This document shows, one piece after another, positions 43,127-56,199 of a DNA stretch of 64,000 nt. The stretch spans positions 672,001 through 736,000 of the forward strand of contig CAVVPN010000012.1 of assembly GCA_963750165.1 (NCBI GenBank), written 5' to 3'. Numbering within the stretch: position 1 is the stretch's first letter; each line of letters begins with the position of its first letter. Source of the stretch: an uncultured Gemmataceae bacterium. GTDB lineage: Bacteria; Planctomycetota; Planctomycetia; Gemmatales; Gemmataceae. The position numbers and the translations under genes were made by a program. The notes under the pieces are model-generated. The model was not told the origin of the DNA. It did not search any database and worked only from the letters and a program-made list of their open reading frames with translations.

Positions 43127-44421
43127 ATGCGTACCTCGCTTGACCGGCGTCGTTTCCTGCAAATGTCCACGGCGGCCGGCGCCGCCGTGCTGGCCCGCGC
43201 GACCCCGTCGCTGGCGGCCCAGCCGCGGACGCCGAACGTGGTGTTCATGATCGGCGACGATCAGGGCTGGAACGACTTCGGCTTCATGGGCCACAAGGTC
43301 ATCCGCACGCCGCGGCTGGACCGCCTGGCCGCCGAGAGCGCCGTCTTTCCACTCGGCTACGTGCCCAGTTCGCTGTGCCGCGCCAGCCTGGCGACCATCC
43401 TGACCGGTCTGTATCCGTACCAGCACCGCATCTGCTGCAACGACCCGCCCAAGGGAGTGGCGCGGGCAGAGATGCACCCGTTCATCAAGACCGCGCCGGC
43501 ACTGCCGCGGCTGCTGCGGCCGGCTGGTTATCGGAGTTTACAGACCGGCAAGTTCTGGGAGGGCCATTTCAGCAACGCCGGCTTCACGCACGGCCAGAGC
43601 AGCGACAGGGACCGCCACATCGCGCCGAAGCCGCAGATCGGCCGCGACACCATGCAGCCGATCTACGACTTCATCGACCAGAGCGGTCAGACGCCGTTTT
43701 TCGTCTGGTACGCACCGATGATGCCGCACCTGCCGCACACGCCGCCGCAGCGGCTTTTGCAGCACTACGCCGTCAAGGGCCGCGACCTGAACATCGCTCG
43801 CTACTACGCCATGTGCGAGTGGTTCGACGAAACCTGCGGCCAGCTGCTCGACCACCTCGACAGGCGTAAGTTGCGCGACAACACACTGGTGCTCTTCTGC
43901 ATTGACAACGGTTGGGTGCAGCCGACAGTACAGGAGGACAGGAAGAGCCCATTCGGGGCGCGCGCGGTAAACAGACGCCGTACGAGATGGGCATCCGCAC
44001 GCCGATCGTGCTGCGCTGGCCGGGCCGGGTCAAGGCGGGGCGGCACAACGAACTGGCCACGACCATCGACCTGACGCCGACAGCGCTGCGGGCGTGCGGC
44101 GTCAAGGTGCCGAGGGAGATGCGCGGGCTGGACCTGGTGGAACTGGCCGCGGGCAAGGCGCAGCAGAAGCGCGACGCCGTGTTCGGCGAGATTTACCAGC
44201 ACACGGCAACGAATTTGGGCAAGCAGCGGCTGGATGTGCTGTACCGCTGGGTGCGGACGCTCGACGGCTGGAAGCTGATCCTGCCCGCGTCGCCGAAGGA
44301 GCCGGTGGAGCTGTACGACCTGACGAAGGATCCGCACGAGAAGAATAACCTGGCGAAGACGCAGACGGCGCGCGTCAAGCAGCTGACGCAGCGCGTCGAG
44401 CAGTGGTGGGCGCAGAAGTGA
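43127..44421 (+). CDS. Tat-exported sulfatase family protein, frameshifted at ~43958-43966
   Basis: DRRRFL Tat motif; PNVVF..DDQG; TPRLDRLA; SLCRASLATILTG; TGKFW; DNG; the second frame continues GKQTPYEMGIRTP..RWPG...ELYDL..DP.E..NLA. Confidence 0.88.
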
Positions 44422-44643
44422 GCCGTCTTCCGCATTGGCGACCGGTGTGGTATGCTGAAAGGGGGGTGGAGGGAGGGTTTTCAGTTCGTCTCACAAACCC
44501 CTTTCCCACGCGACCAATTCCAGGGAAGGAAGCAAGGCAAGCCTCCGCGTAACCGGGTGACCGGTCCCCGCGTCGTTGGGACAATCTCGTGCGACCTCCT
44601 GTCGCCGTGGATTGCGGGACGGACGGGCTCTTCGCTCGTTTCG

Positions 44644-44736
44644 TCCCTTCGGCAGCCCGGCCGCCATGCCCGCTGGGGCGGGTTCAGGCCCGTGGCTTTG
44701 CGTCATCGGCTTTCGCCGAGTTTGCCCTTTCGAGGA
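44644..44736 (-). promoter_or_regulatory. c-di-GMP-I (GEMM-I) riboswitch aptamer
   Basis: Minus strand reads TCCTCGAAAGGGCAAAC-TCGGC-GAAA-GCCGA-TGACGCAAAGCCACGGGCCTGAACC...ATGGCGGCCGGGCTGCCGAAGGGA: GGGCAAAC, GAAA tetraloop, GACGCAAAGC and terminal GCCGA hallmarks. Confidence 0.92.
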
Positions 44737-44821
44737 TGAAAGGCGTTACGACGCAGGCGTGACGCAGAGGCTTGCCTCCAAAGGAGTGCCACCAGAACTG
44801 GCATTCCCCGTTGCTGCTACA

Positions 44822-44850
44822 ACTGTAGGTCAGAATCGCCTGCCGGGCAA
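44822..44850 (-). promoter_or_regulatory. Sigma70 promoter driving the riboswitch transcript
   Basis: TTGCCC (44850-44845)-17 nt-TACAGT (44827-44822). Confidence 0.6.
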
Positions 44851-44888
44851 ACCGCTGGCTGAATCTTTTCAGGGTTCTTCGGATTCCC

Positions 44889-45824
44889 ATGACTGCCGAC
44901 TTCCGCGACGCCTTCCTCCTCACCGGCCCGACCGGCTCCGGCAAAACGGCGCTGGCCCTGGAGCTGGCCGAGCGGCACGGCGCCGAAATCCTGTCGATGG
45001 ACTCCATGGCCCTCTACCGCGGTCTGGACATCGGCACCGCCAAGCCGACCGCCGCCGAGCGCCACCGCGTCCCCCATCACCTCATTGATGTGCTTGATCC
45101 CTGGGAGTCGGCCAGCGTCGCCTGGTGGCTCGACCGTGCCCGCGCCTGTGCCCGCGACCTCCGGAGCCGCGGCAAACGTGTCCTGATCGTCGGCGGTACG
45201 CCGCTTTACTTACGGGCGCTGCTCCAGGGATTGTTCGAGGGGCCGCCCGCCGATGCGGACCTGCGGCAACGGCTGGGCCAGGAAGCGGAACAGCACGGCG
45301 GCGCTGCCCTGCACGCCCGGCTGGCCGCGGTCGATCCGGCCGGCGCCGCCCGGCTGCACCCCAATGATTTGCGCCGCGTCATTCGCGCCCTGGAGGTCTG
45401 GGAGTTGACCGGCCGGCCGATCAGCGCCTGGCAGCAACAGTGGACCGACACCGCGGCGGACGCGGAGCCGCGGGCGTTTTGGCTTGACCTGCCGCGCGCC
45501 GCGCTGTACGAACGCATCAACCGCCGCGTCGAGCGCATGTTCGCCGAGGGACTGGTGGACGAGGTGCGGGCGCTGCGGGGCCTGCCGCGGCTGCTCAGCC
45601 GTGAGGCCGCCCAGGCCCTCGGCTACAAGGAAGTCTTCGCCCACCTGGACGGCCGGGAAACGCTGCAAGCGACCGTCGCCCGGGTGCAGACGCGCACGCG
45701 GCAGTTCGCTAAACGGCAAATCACGTGGTTCCGTCACCTGCCGGGCTGCCGGCCGGTCAGCAGCCAATTGACACGGGAGCTTTGGCGGACCACAATGGAT
45801 CAGGGGGGATGCCCGTCCAGTTGA
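44889..45824 (+). CDS. miaA: tRNA dimethylallyltransferase
   Basis: GPTGSGKT, DSM.LYRGLDIGTAKP, PHHLID, VGGTPLY, HPND.RR..RALEV, ALGYKE, TRQFAKRQ.TWFR. Confidence 0.97.
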   Translation: MTADFRDAFLLTGPTGSGKTALALELAERHGAEILSMDSMALYRGLDIGTAKPTAAERHRVPHHLIDVLDPWESASVAWWLDRARACARDLRSRGKRVLIVGGTPLYLRALLQGLFEGPPADADLRQRLGQEAEQHGGAALHARLAAVDPAGAARLHPNDLRRVIRALEVWELTGRPISAWQQQWTDTAADAEPRAFWLDLPRAALYERINRRVERMFAEGLVDEVRALRGLPRLLSREAAQALGYKEVFAHLDGRETLQATVARVQTRTRQFAKRQITWFRHLPGCRPVSSQLTRELWRTTMDQGGCPSS

Positions 45825-45879
45825 CCGTTGTGCTTCCGTTTCTGCGGGCGGTGCCATGACCACCAAGGGGTGCAAGGGG

Positions 45880-46608
45880 ATGACGAAGGTAACCTTTCAA
45901 GTGCTCGAGGGCATCGACAAGGGGCGCGTCTTTCGCGACCTGGCGACTCCGGTGACCATCGGCCGCGAGGAAGGCAACGCCCTGCGCCTGAACGACGAGC
46001 GCGTCAGTCGTTTCCACGCCAAGGTGCAGCAGGACAACGGCGACATCATCCTGACCGACCTGGAGAGCACCAACGGCACCCGCGTCAATGGTGCCGTGGT
46101 GCAGATCCGCCGGCTGCGCTTCGGCGACCGCGTTTGCGTCGGCCGCTCGCTGCTGCTGTTCGGCTCGAACGAGGAAATCGCCGCCCGGATGGCCGACCTG
46201 GAGCAGCGCCGCAGTTCCACGGTTGCGAGCGAGGCGGAGGGCATTCTGCCGGAAGGCCCCGCCACGGTGCAGGCCAAGACCTTCGCTGGCCAGCTCAGCA
46301 GCGGCGACCTGGAGTTCGACCTCAACCTCAACGATCCGATGACGCTCACCAGCGACGCGCTGTTCATCGGCAATCGGCCACTGCCGCCGCTGCCGCAGAA
46401 GTTGACGCCGTCGCAGGCGGCCCGGCTCGCGGAGATTCTGGATTTCCTGCACCGCGGCCTGACCTGCGCCACCGAAAACATTCAGGCCAAGGACGACGGC
46501 AGCCAGGTAACGCTGTCGTTCTCGGACTGGCAGAAGGTGCTGGCGATTCAGATGCTGCTGGCCCGCTACCTGCGTGCCGTGGCAGAGCCGGACGCACTGG
46601 AGGGGTGA
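45880..46608 (+). CDS. FHA domain protein
   Basis: TIGR.EGN....D..VSRFHA, DLESTNGT.VNG, L..GD....G. Confidence 0.92.
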   Translation: MTKVTFQVLEGIDKGRVFRDLATPVTIGREEGNALRLNDERVSRFHAKVQQDNGDIILTDLESTNGTRVNGAVVQIRRLRFGDRVCVGRSLLLFGSNEEIAARMADLEQRRSSTVASEAEGILPEGPATVQAKTFAGQLSSGDLEFDLNLNDPMTLTSDALFIGNRPLPPLPQKLTPSQAARLAEILDFLHRGLTCATENIQAKDDGSQVTLSFSDWQKVLAIQMLLARYLRAVAEPDALEG

Positions 46609-46788
46609 GGGCTCGCGGTGCGGGTTTGAGGCGTCTCGCCGGCGGACGTGCGGATTTTGCCTGACTTGCCGATCCCCGCCGGGCCTCAGCTGACCGGCAC
46701 GGTGCTTCCACTGAACAAATCTCAACGCCGACAGCCGATCCTGGTAGAATAAGGCGACTTCCTCCCCGACGGACCAGGGACCGAGAAC

Positions 46789-50328
<3,540 letters not shown>

Positions 50329-50341
50329 AGAAGAAAGAAGT

Positions 50342-50428
50342 AATCCACAGAGGACGCCGATTTCCCAGATGAAGACACAAAGAGAAATGAACAACTCTTG
50401 CTGTCTTCATCTGTGAAATCTGTGAATC
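50342..50428. repeat. Degenerate CACAGAT-type palindrome between convergent genes
   Basis: CCACAGA...CAGATGAAGACA / TGTCTTCATCTG...TCTGTGAAT. Confidence 0.65.
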
Positions 50429-51184
50429 AGGTCTTTTTTCCGTTGAGCAGCGCATCGACGCCCAGCCACAGCAGGACCGCCAGCGACCGCAGCGCCTCGT
50501 GCGGGTTCACCTTCGAGCGCCCGCCCGCCGATTCTCGAAGATGATGGGCGTCTCGCCGATGCGGAAGCCCGCCCGGTGACAGCGGTAGAGCATTTCCTCC
50601 TGAAACGAGTAGCCGTGCGACCAGAGCTGTGTCAGGTCCATGCGCCGCAGCTTGGCGACGCGGTAACAGCGGAAATTGCCGCTGGTATCGTGTGCCGGGA
50701 TGCGCATCAGCAACCGCACCAGACCGTTGACCCCCGCGCTCATCAGCCGCCGCGACCACGCCCAGCCCTCGGCGCCGCCGCCCGGGATGTAGCGCGAGCC
50801 GATCATCAAATCATGGCGGCGCATGCCGGCGAGCAGGTGCGGCAGGTAGCGCGGCGGATGGCTGAAGTCCGCGTCCAGGGTGACGAACAGGTCATAGTTG
50901 TTCTTCATGGCGTAGGCCATGCCGTCGAGCACCGCCGTGCCCAGCCCCAGCTTGCCGGGCCGGTGCAGCACGTGGACGCGCGGGTCGGCCGCGGCCAGTT
51001 CGTCGGCCAGCTGGCCGGTGCCGTCGGGGGAGTTGTCGTCAATGACCAGCACCTCGGCGTGCGGCACCATCGCGTGGAGGTCGCGGATCAGGGGCGCCAG
51101 GTTGTCGCGTTCCTTGTAGGTGGCCAGCGCCACCAGCACGCGCTTGGGGGGGGATGGGGCGACGGCGGTGGCGGCGCGGTCCAT
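50427..51184 (-). CDS. Polyprenol monophosphomannose synthase-like GT2, with a frameshift near the C-terminus (~50518)
   Basis: TY.E..N, IDDNSPDGT, R.GKLGLGTA, DADFSH.P, GSRY..GG, D.SG.FR, GY.FQ.E, E.PI.F..R..G; SKVNPHEAL continues in a second frame. Confidence 0.88.
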
Positions 51185-51285
51185 GAGTGCTTCCAGCGCG
51201 GTGGCGGACGGGGGCCGTTTGATAGTATAATCGGCAGCGGCGGTTGGTTGTCCACAGAAGAACGCCACGAGCGATGAGGTGTGCA

Positions 51286-51948
51286 ATGCCGGCGGTCATC
51301 ACCTGCCCGGAGTGCGAAAAGCGATTCAAGGGCAAGCCCGGTCTGGAGGGCAAGCGCATCCGCTGCCCGTCCTGCGGCCACGGCTTTATCGTGCCCGGTG
51401 ACGACGACGAGCCGGGGCCGCCGCAGAAGAACGTTCAGATCAAGCCCGCAAAGTCTGCAAAGCCTGCCGCCCCGGCCGCGCCGGCCCCGGCCCCGCCGGT
51501 CGGCTTCGCGGACGAGGACGACGAGGACGCGGAGGGCAGCAAGTACGGCATCACGGACCTGGACCTGGCGCCGCGCTGCCCCAACTGCACCAAGGAATTG
51601 GAGCCAGGCGCGATCATCTGCCTGCACTGCGGCTACAACACGCAAACGCGCAAACTGGGCAAGCTCACCAAGACCATCGAGAAGACGGGCAACGAACACT
51701 TCATGCACCTGCTGCCGGGCCTGCTGGTGGCGCTGTGCATCGTGATGGTCATCATCCACAATCTGTGGTTCTGCTTTGAATTCCCGAAGACTGTGGAGCC
51801 GGGGACCTTTGTGGCCTTGTTCGCTCACGAGTCGATGAAGTTCTGGTCGGCGCTGATCTCGCTGTTCCTGATCTGGGGCCTGGGCATGTTCTGCTTCAAG
51901 CGCCTGGTCCTGGAGCCGAAGCCGCACGAGGACATCATCGAGGACTGA
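51286..51948 (+). CDS. Zinc-ribbon domain membrane protein
   Basis: CPEC..CPSC, CPNC..CLHCGY, then two TM helices; GAGGT RBS; TATAAT upstream. Confidence 0.85.
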   Translation: MPAVITCPECEKRFKGKPGLEGKRIRCPSCGHGFIVPGDDDEPGPPQKNVQIKPAKSAKPAAPAAPAPAPPVGFADEDDEDAEGSKYGITDLDLAPRCPNCTKELEPGAIICLHCGYNTQTRKLGKLTKTIEKTGNEHFMHLLPGLLVALCIVMVIIHNLWFCFEFPKTVEPGTFVALFAHESMKFWSALISLFLIWGLGMFCFKRLVLEPKPHEDIIED

Positions 51949-51954
51949 GCGCGG

Positions 51955-52656
51955 ATGTCCCCGGGAATGCGCTTCGTGGTCGCCCGCCATGTGCTGGGGC
52001 TGGCCACCGTGGAGGAGTACTTCCGCGTCGGCCACGACCTGCACGACGCCGGCGTGCGCACGCCCCTGGTGCCATGGGGGCACGCCCGGTCGCCGGGCGT
52101 GCGGGACGCCGCCCCGCTGTTCGAGGCGACGCTTCGGCAACTCGGCATCGAGCCGCCGACGCGCCAGGGCGCCGCGGAAATGCTGGTGCGGCACTACCTC
52201 TGGCCCATCGCCGAAGAAGTCGTGAAGCCCGTGCAGGCCCTGTATCATCTCGTGGAGAAGTTTTACAAACCGCTCCGCGGGGAAGTCGGACAACTCGCCG
52301 GCACGCGGGAGTTGTTCCGGTCGCTGGCCAATCAGTACAGCGACTACTGCCGGCAGATGAACCAGTGGGGCGCGGCCTTCGCCATTGCCGTACAGCGCCT
52401 GGTCGGCGGCTGGGTTCAGGCGTATGGTCTGACCACGCCGGAACCCGCCTGGCTCACCTGGAACGACGGCACCGTGGTACGGCTGGCCCGCGCCATCCGC
52501 GACCAGGGGGCGTACGATCGGTTGCCGATCCTCGGCGACGCGCTGGAGGAAGCCGGCTGCACCCACACGGAGATGCTGGCCCACTGCCGCCAACCGGGGG
52601 AGCACGTCCGCACGCGGAGCTGTCTGGTAGTGGACCGGCTGCTCGGCGAGCGGTAA
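51955..52656 (+). CDS. Hypothetical protein with Gemmata-type C-terminal domain
   Basis: PAWLTWNDGTVVRLARAI....YDRLPILGDALEEAGC....L.HCR..GEHVR..C.VVD.LLG. Confidence 0.8.
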   Translation: MSPGMRFVVARHVLGLATVEEYFRVGHDLHDAGVRTPLVPWGHARSPGVRDAAPLFEATLRQLGIEPPTRQGAAEMLVRHYLWPIAEEVVKPVQALYHLVEKFYKPLRGEVGQLAGTRELFRSLANQYSDYCRQMNQWGAAFAIAVQRLVGGWVQAYGLTTPEPAWLTWNDGTVVRLARAIRDQGAYDRLPILGDALEEAGCTHTEMLAHCRQPGEHVRTRSCLVVDRLLGER

Positions 52657-52711
52657 ACTGCACCTCCGTGGAAGGACGGCCGCTCCCGTTGACCCCCGAG
52701 TGACGCCACGC

Positions 52712-54247
52712 ATGCTCGCCAAGTTAAACACCTTCGCCCTTGTGGGCATCGACGCCGCCCCCGTCGAGGTCGAGGTAGACGCCTCCACCGGCCTGCCCAA
52801 GACCGTCCTGGTCGGCCTCCCCGAACTGTCGGTGCGCGAGAGCGTCCACCGCATCGAACGCGCCCTCGCCAACCTCGGTTATCAACGCCACCCCGGCCGG
52901 CTCACCATCAATTTAGCCCCCGCGGACCTCCGTAAAGACGCCGGCGGCTTCGACCTGCCGATCGCGCTGGGCATGCTGGTCGCCACCGGCCAGCTGCTGC
53001 CCGAGCAGATCAAGGACTACGCCACGGTGGGCGAACTGGCCCTGGACGGCAGCGTGCGGCCGATCAAGGGAGCGCTGTCGATGGCGATGACGGCGGCCAA
53101 GCAGGGGCTGCCGAAACTGGTGGTGCCGGCGGCGAACGCCCGCGAGGCGGCGGTGGTCAAGGAGGTGGAGGTCTTCGCGGTCCACAACCTGGCGGAGACG
53201 GTCGGCCTGCTGGCGGGGCAGGTGGAACTGGAGCCGGTGCGGGCGGGCATCGAGGAGGCGTACCAGCGGCTGAACACGTATGACGTGGACTTCACCGACG
53301 TGCGTGGCCAGGAGTTTGCCAAGCGGGCGCTGGTGGTCGCGGCCGGCGGCGGCCATAACGTGCTGTTCATCGGCTCGCCGGGGACGGGCAAGTCGATGCT
53401 GGCGCAGCGGCTGCCGACGATCCTGCCGCCGCTGACGCCCACGGAGTCGCTGGAGACGACGCGGATTTACAGCGCGATGGGCCGGCTGACGGCGGACGAA
53501 CCGCTGCTGACGCGGCGGCCGTTCCGCACCCCGCACCACACCATCAGCGACGCCGGCATGGTCGGCGGCGGCAGCACGCCGGCGCCCGGTGAAATCTCGC
53601 TGGCCCACCATGGCGTGCTGTTCCTGGACGAACTGCCGGAGTTCCACCGCCGCAGTCTGGAGGTACTGCGCCAGCCGCTGGAGCAGGGCCGCGTCACGAT
53701 CTCCCGCGCCCTGCACTCGACGACCTTCCCGGCCCGCTTCGTGCTGGTCGCGGCCATGAACCCGTGCCCGTGCGGCTACCTCGGCGACGCCCGCCACTCC
53801 TGCAAGTGCAACCCCCAGCAGATCGAGCGCTACATGGGCAAGATCAGCGGCCCGCTGCTGGACCGCATCGATTTACACATCGAGGTGCCGGCGGTGCCGT
53901 TCCAGGAACTGTCGGCGACCGCGGACGGCACCTCGAGCGCGGTGATGCGCGAGCAGGTCAAGCAGGCGCGGGCGGTGCAGCAGGAGCGCTTCGGCGTCGA
54001 TAGCGGCACGCTCAACAGCCGCATGAGCACGCGGCAGCTGCGCAAACACTGTGCCCTCGACGCGGAGGGCCAGGCGCTGCTGAAGACGGCGATGGACGAG
54101 TTGGGGCTGTCGGCGCGGGCGCACGACCGCATCCTGCGCGTGGCGCGGACCATCGCCGACCTGGATCCGAGCGCGACCATCAAGCCGCAGCATTTGGTGG
54201 AGGCGATCAATTATCGGAGTTTGGATCGGAAGCTGTGGTCGCGGTGA
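52712..54247 (+). CDS. comM: YifB/ComM Mg-chelatase-like AAA+ ATPase
   Basis: INLAPADLRK..GGFDLPIA, GELALDG, DV.GQ, G.PGTGKSMLA.RLP.ILP, PGEISLAH.GVLFLDELPEF, NPCPCG, SGPLLDRID. Confidence 0.95.
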   Translation: MLAKLNTFALVGIDAAPVEVEVDASTGLPKTVLVGLPELSVRESVHRIERALANLGYQRHPGRLTINLAPADLRKDAGGFDLPIALGMLVATGQLLPEQIKDYATVGELALDGSVRPIKGALSMAMTAAKQGLPKLVVPAANAREAAVVKEVEVFAVHNLAETVGLLAGQVELEPVRAGIEEAYQRLNTYDVDFTDVRGQEFAKRALVVAAGGGHNVLFIGSPGTGKSMLAQRLPTILPPLTPTESLETTRIYSAMGRLTADEPLLTRRPFRTPHHTISDAGMVGGGSTPAPGEISLAHHGVLFLDELPEFHRRSLEVLRQPLEQGRVTISRALHSTTFPARFVLVAAMNPCPCGYLGDARHSCKCNPQQIERYMGKISGPLLDRIDLHIEVPAVPFQELSATADGTSSAVMREQVKQARAVQQERFGVDSGTLNSRMSTRQLRKHCALDAEGQALLKTAMDELGLSARAHDRILRVARTIADLDPSATIKPQHLVEAINYRSLDRKLWSR

Positions 54248-54264
54248 TTCGGGAGGGCGGGTCA

Positions 54265-54435
54265 ATGATCCGACGAGTGTGCATTGTCCTGGTGGCCGTG
54301 GGGGCATCGGGCTGTTCCTCGCTTGCGGCGGCGTCCGGGCCGGCGCCGAGCAGGCCGTTGCCGACATCGACCGGCGCACCGAGAAAGGGGACGGGGCGGA
54401 ACGACAAGGAGTTCGCGGAGTACCTCACCGACTGA
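54265..54435 (+). CDS. Possible small lipoprotein (56 aa)
   Basis: GGAGG RBS; MIRR + hydrophobic stretch + ASGC lipobox-like motif. Confidence 0.35.
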   Translation: MIRRVCIVLVAVGASGCSSLAAASGPAPSRPLPTSTGAPRKGTGRNDKEFAEYLTD

Positions 54436-54510
54436 GTGCGGCCGCGGGCGGGGTTGGCGGCGCCGCCGGGCGCTTGCTGAGGTCGCCGCGGTCTGATAAC
54501 CTCATCAATC

Positions 54511-55131
54511 ATGGAGAGTATCGCGCCACCCGCCGCCCCCCCGGCGGACGACGACCCTGACGCCGCCCTGGTGCGACGGCTGCGCGCCGGCGAGGACGCC
54601 GCGTTCGCCGAGTTGTTGCGCGTCCACGGCCCGCAACTGCTGGTGATCGCCCGCCGCTTCCTGCCCAACGAGGAGGACGCCCGCGACGCGCTGCAGGACG
54701 CCTGCCTGTCGGCGTTCCGGGCCATCGCCGGCTTTGACGGCAAGGCGCGGCTGGGCACCTGGCTGCACCGCATCGTCGTCAACGCGGCGCTGCAGAAGCT
54801 CCGCCGCCGGCAGCGCCGCCCGGAACAGTCCATCGATGAACTGCTGCCGACCTTCGAGGCGGACGGCCACCGCACCGACCCCGGCCCCGCGTGGCGCGGC
54901 GCCTCGGCGCTGGAGCGTCAGGAAGTGCACGCCCTGGTGCGGGCCAGTATCGACCGACTGCCGGAGGCGTTCCGCACCATTTTGCTGCTGCGCGACATGG
55001 AGCAACTGGACACCGACGAGACCGCCCAACTGCTGGGGTTGACCACCGCCGCCGTCAAGACGCGACTGCACCGCGCCCGCCAGGCGCTGCGGACGCTGCT
55101 CAATCCCCATTTTGCTCAGGGGTCCGCATGA
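54511..55131 (+). CDS. ECF RNA polymerase sigma-70 factor
   Basis: D..LV..L..G...AF, EDARDALQDA, TWLHRIVVN.AL, LP..FR...LLRD.E......A..LG.....VKTRLHRAR. Confidence 0.95.
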   Translation: MESIAPPAAPPADDDPDAALVRRLRAGEDAAFAELLRVHGPQLLVIARRFLPNEEDARDALQDACLSAFRAIAGFDGKARLGTWLHRIVVNAALQKLRRRQRRPEQSIDELLPTFEADGHRTDPGPAWRGASALERQEVHALVRASIDRLPEAFRTILLLRDMEQLDTDETAQLLGLTTAAVKTRLHRARQALRTLLNPHFAQGSA

Positions 55132-55367
55132 CCTGCCAAGAAGTCCTTGAGTTTCTGGCTGCCTTCCTCGACGGCGAGTTGAGCGCCGAACAGCACGCGC
55201 TGTTCCTGGAGCACCTGGCCGAGTGCCCCGATTGCACCAACTACCTGGGCAGCTACCGCGAAACGATCAACCTGGGCCGCGCGGCGTTCGCGGAGGACGA
55301 GCCCGCGCTGGCTGCGGTGCCGGAGGATCTGGTGCGGGCGATCCTGGCGGCGCGGGAGGGGCATTAG
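55128..55367 (+). CDS. Soluble zf-HC2 anti-sigma factor (79 aa)
   Basis: MTC.E....L..FLDGEL........EHL.ECPDC..Y; ATGA overlap with the sigma gene. Confidence 0.9.
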   Translation: MTCQEVLEFLAAFLDGELSAEQHALFLEHLAECPDCTNYLGSYRETINLGRAAFAEDEPALAAVPEDLVRAILAAREGH

Positions 55368-55438
55368 GAGACAAGGAGACAAGGAGACAAGGAGAAAGCC
55401 GGCAACCGCCCGTCTCCTTGTCTCCTTGTCTCCTTGTC
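55367..55438. repeat. GGAGACAA x3 / TTGTCTCC x3 palindrome between convergent genes
   Basis: 8-bp tandem repeats facing their reverse complements. Confidence 0.85.
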
Positions 55439-55440
55439 GA

Positions 55441-56199
55441 CTAATGTCCCGCGTACCAGTCGTAGCCGCGCTCGGCCCAGTAATCGCCGGGCCGCACGTC
55501 GGTGAAGCGCAGCACGCCGATCCGCTTGATGCTCTTGATGCCGTACTTAACCGGGATCACCAACCGCAGCGGCGCCCCGTGTGCGGGCGTCAGCGGCGCG
55601 TCGTTCATGGCGTAGCACAGCAGCGTCTGCGGGTGCAGGGCGCTGGCCCGGTCCAGGCCGACGTAATACCCCCCGTCCGGCGTCTCCAGGCGGACGTAGC
55701 CCGGCAGACTGTCCGCGGTGCCGAAGCGATAATGCCGGGCGAAGTCCGACAGCCGCGCCCCCGTCCAGTGCACCACATTGCTCCAACCTTCGATGCACTT
55801 CAGTTCCGTGGTCATGCTCACCGCCGGCAGCGCCTGCACGTCCGCCAGCGTGAACAACCGCGGCGCGCCCGTCGGCCCGTGCACGCGCAGCCGCCACGCC
55901 GCCGGGTCCAGGGGGCTTGCCAGGCCGATTTGGCCGTTGACGCGCACGTCCGTGGCCCGGTCGCGGCCGAAGTCCGGCGCCAGCCGGTTCGGGTCGAAGG
56001 CGGCCTGACTTAACCCCTCGTTGGCCTCCAGCACGCGCCGCAGCGGCCAGGGGATGCCGTCCTCCGGCGCCGCGCCGTACCGCAGCCAGGCCCAGCCCAG
56101 CACGCCGGCGCCCGCCGCCGCCAGACCCGTCGCGAAACTGCGCCGCGTCATGCGGCCGAGCACACGGTCCACGTCCTGGGGCGGGATCGATTTAGCCAT
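55441..56199 (-). CDS. Molybdopterin-dependent oxidoreductase, MsrP/YedY-like (Tat)
   Basis: TRRSF Tat motif; W.L.V.G, KCIEGWS (Moco Cys), HPQTLL.Y.MN..PL...HGAPLRL..P.KYG.KS.K. Confidence 0.92.
   Translation of the reverse strand: MAKSIPPQDVDRVLGRMTRRSFATGLAAAGAGVLGWAWLRYGAAPEDGIPWPLRRVLEANEGLSQAAFDPNRLAPDFGRDRATDVRVNGQIGLASPLDPAAWRLRVHGPTGAPRLFTLADVQALPAVSMTTELKCIEGWSNVVHWTGARLSDFARHYRFGTADSLPGYVRLETPDGGYYVGLDRASALHPQTLLCYAMNDAPLTPAHGAPLRLVIPVKYGIKSIKRIGVLRFTDVRPGDYWAERGYDWYAGH

Noticed and set aside
44375..44584. 69-aa ORF as a confident riboswitch-controlled CDS
   Set aside because: TTG start, no recognisable protein features, overlaps the sulfatase 3' end; kept only as a possibility within the riboswitch finding
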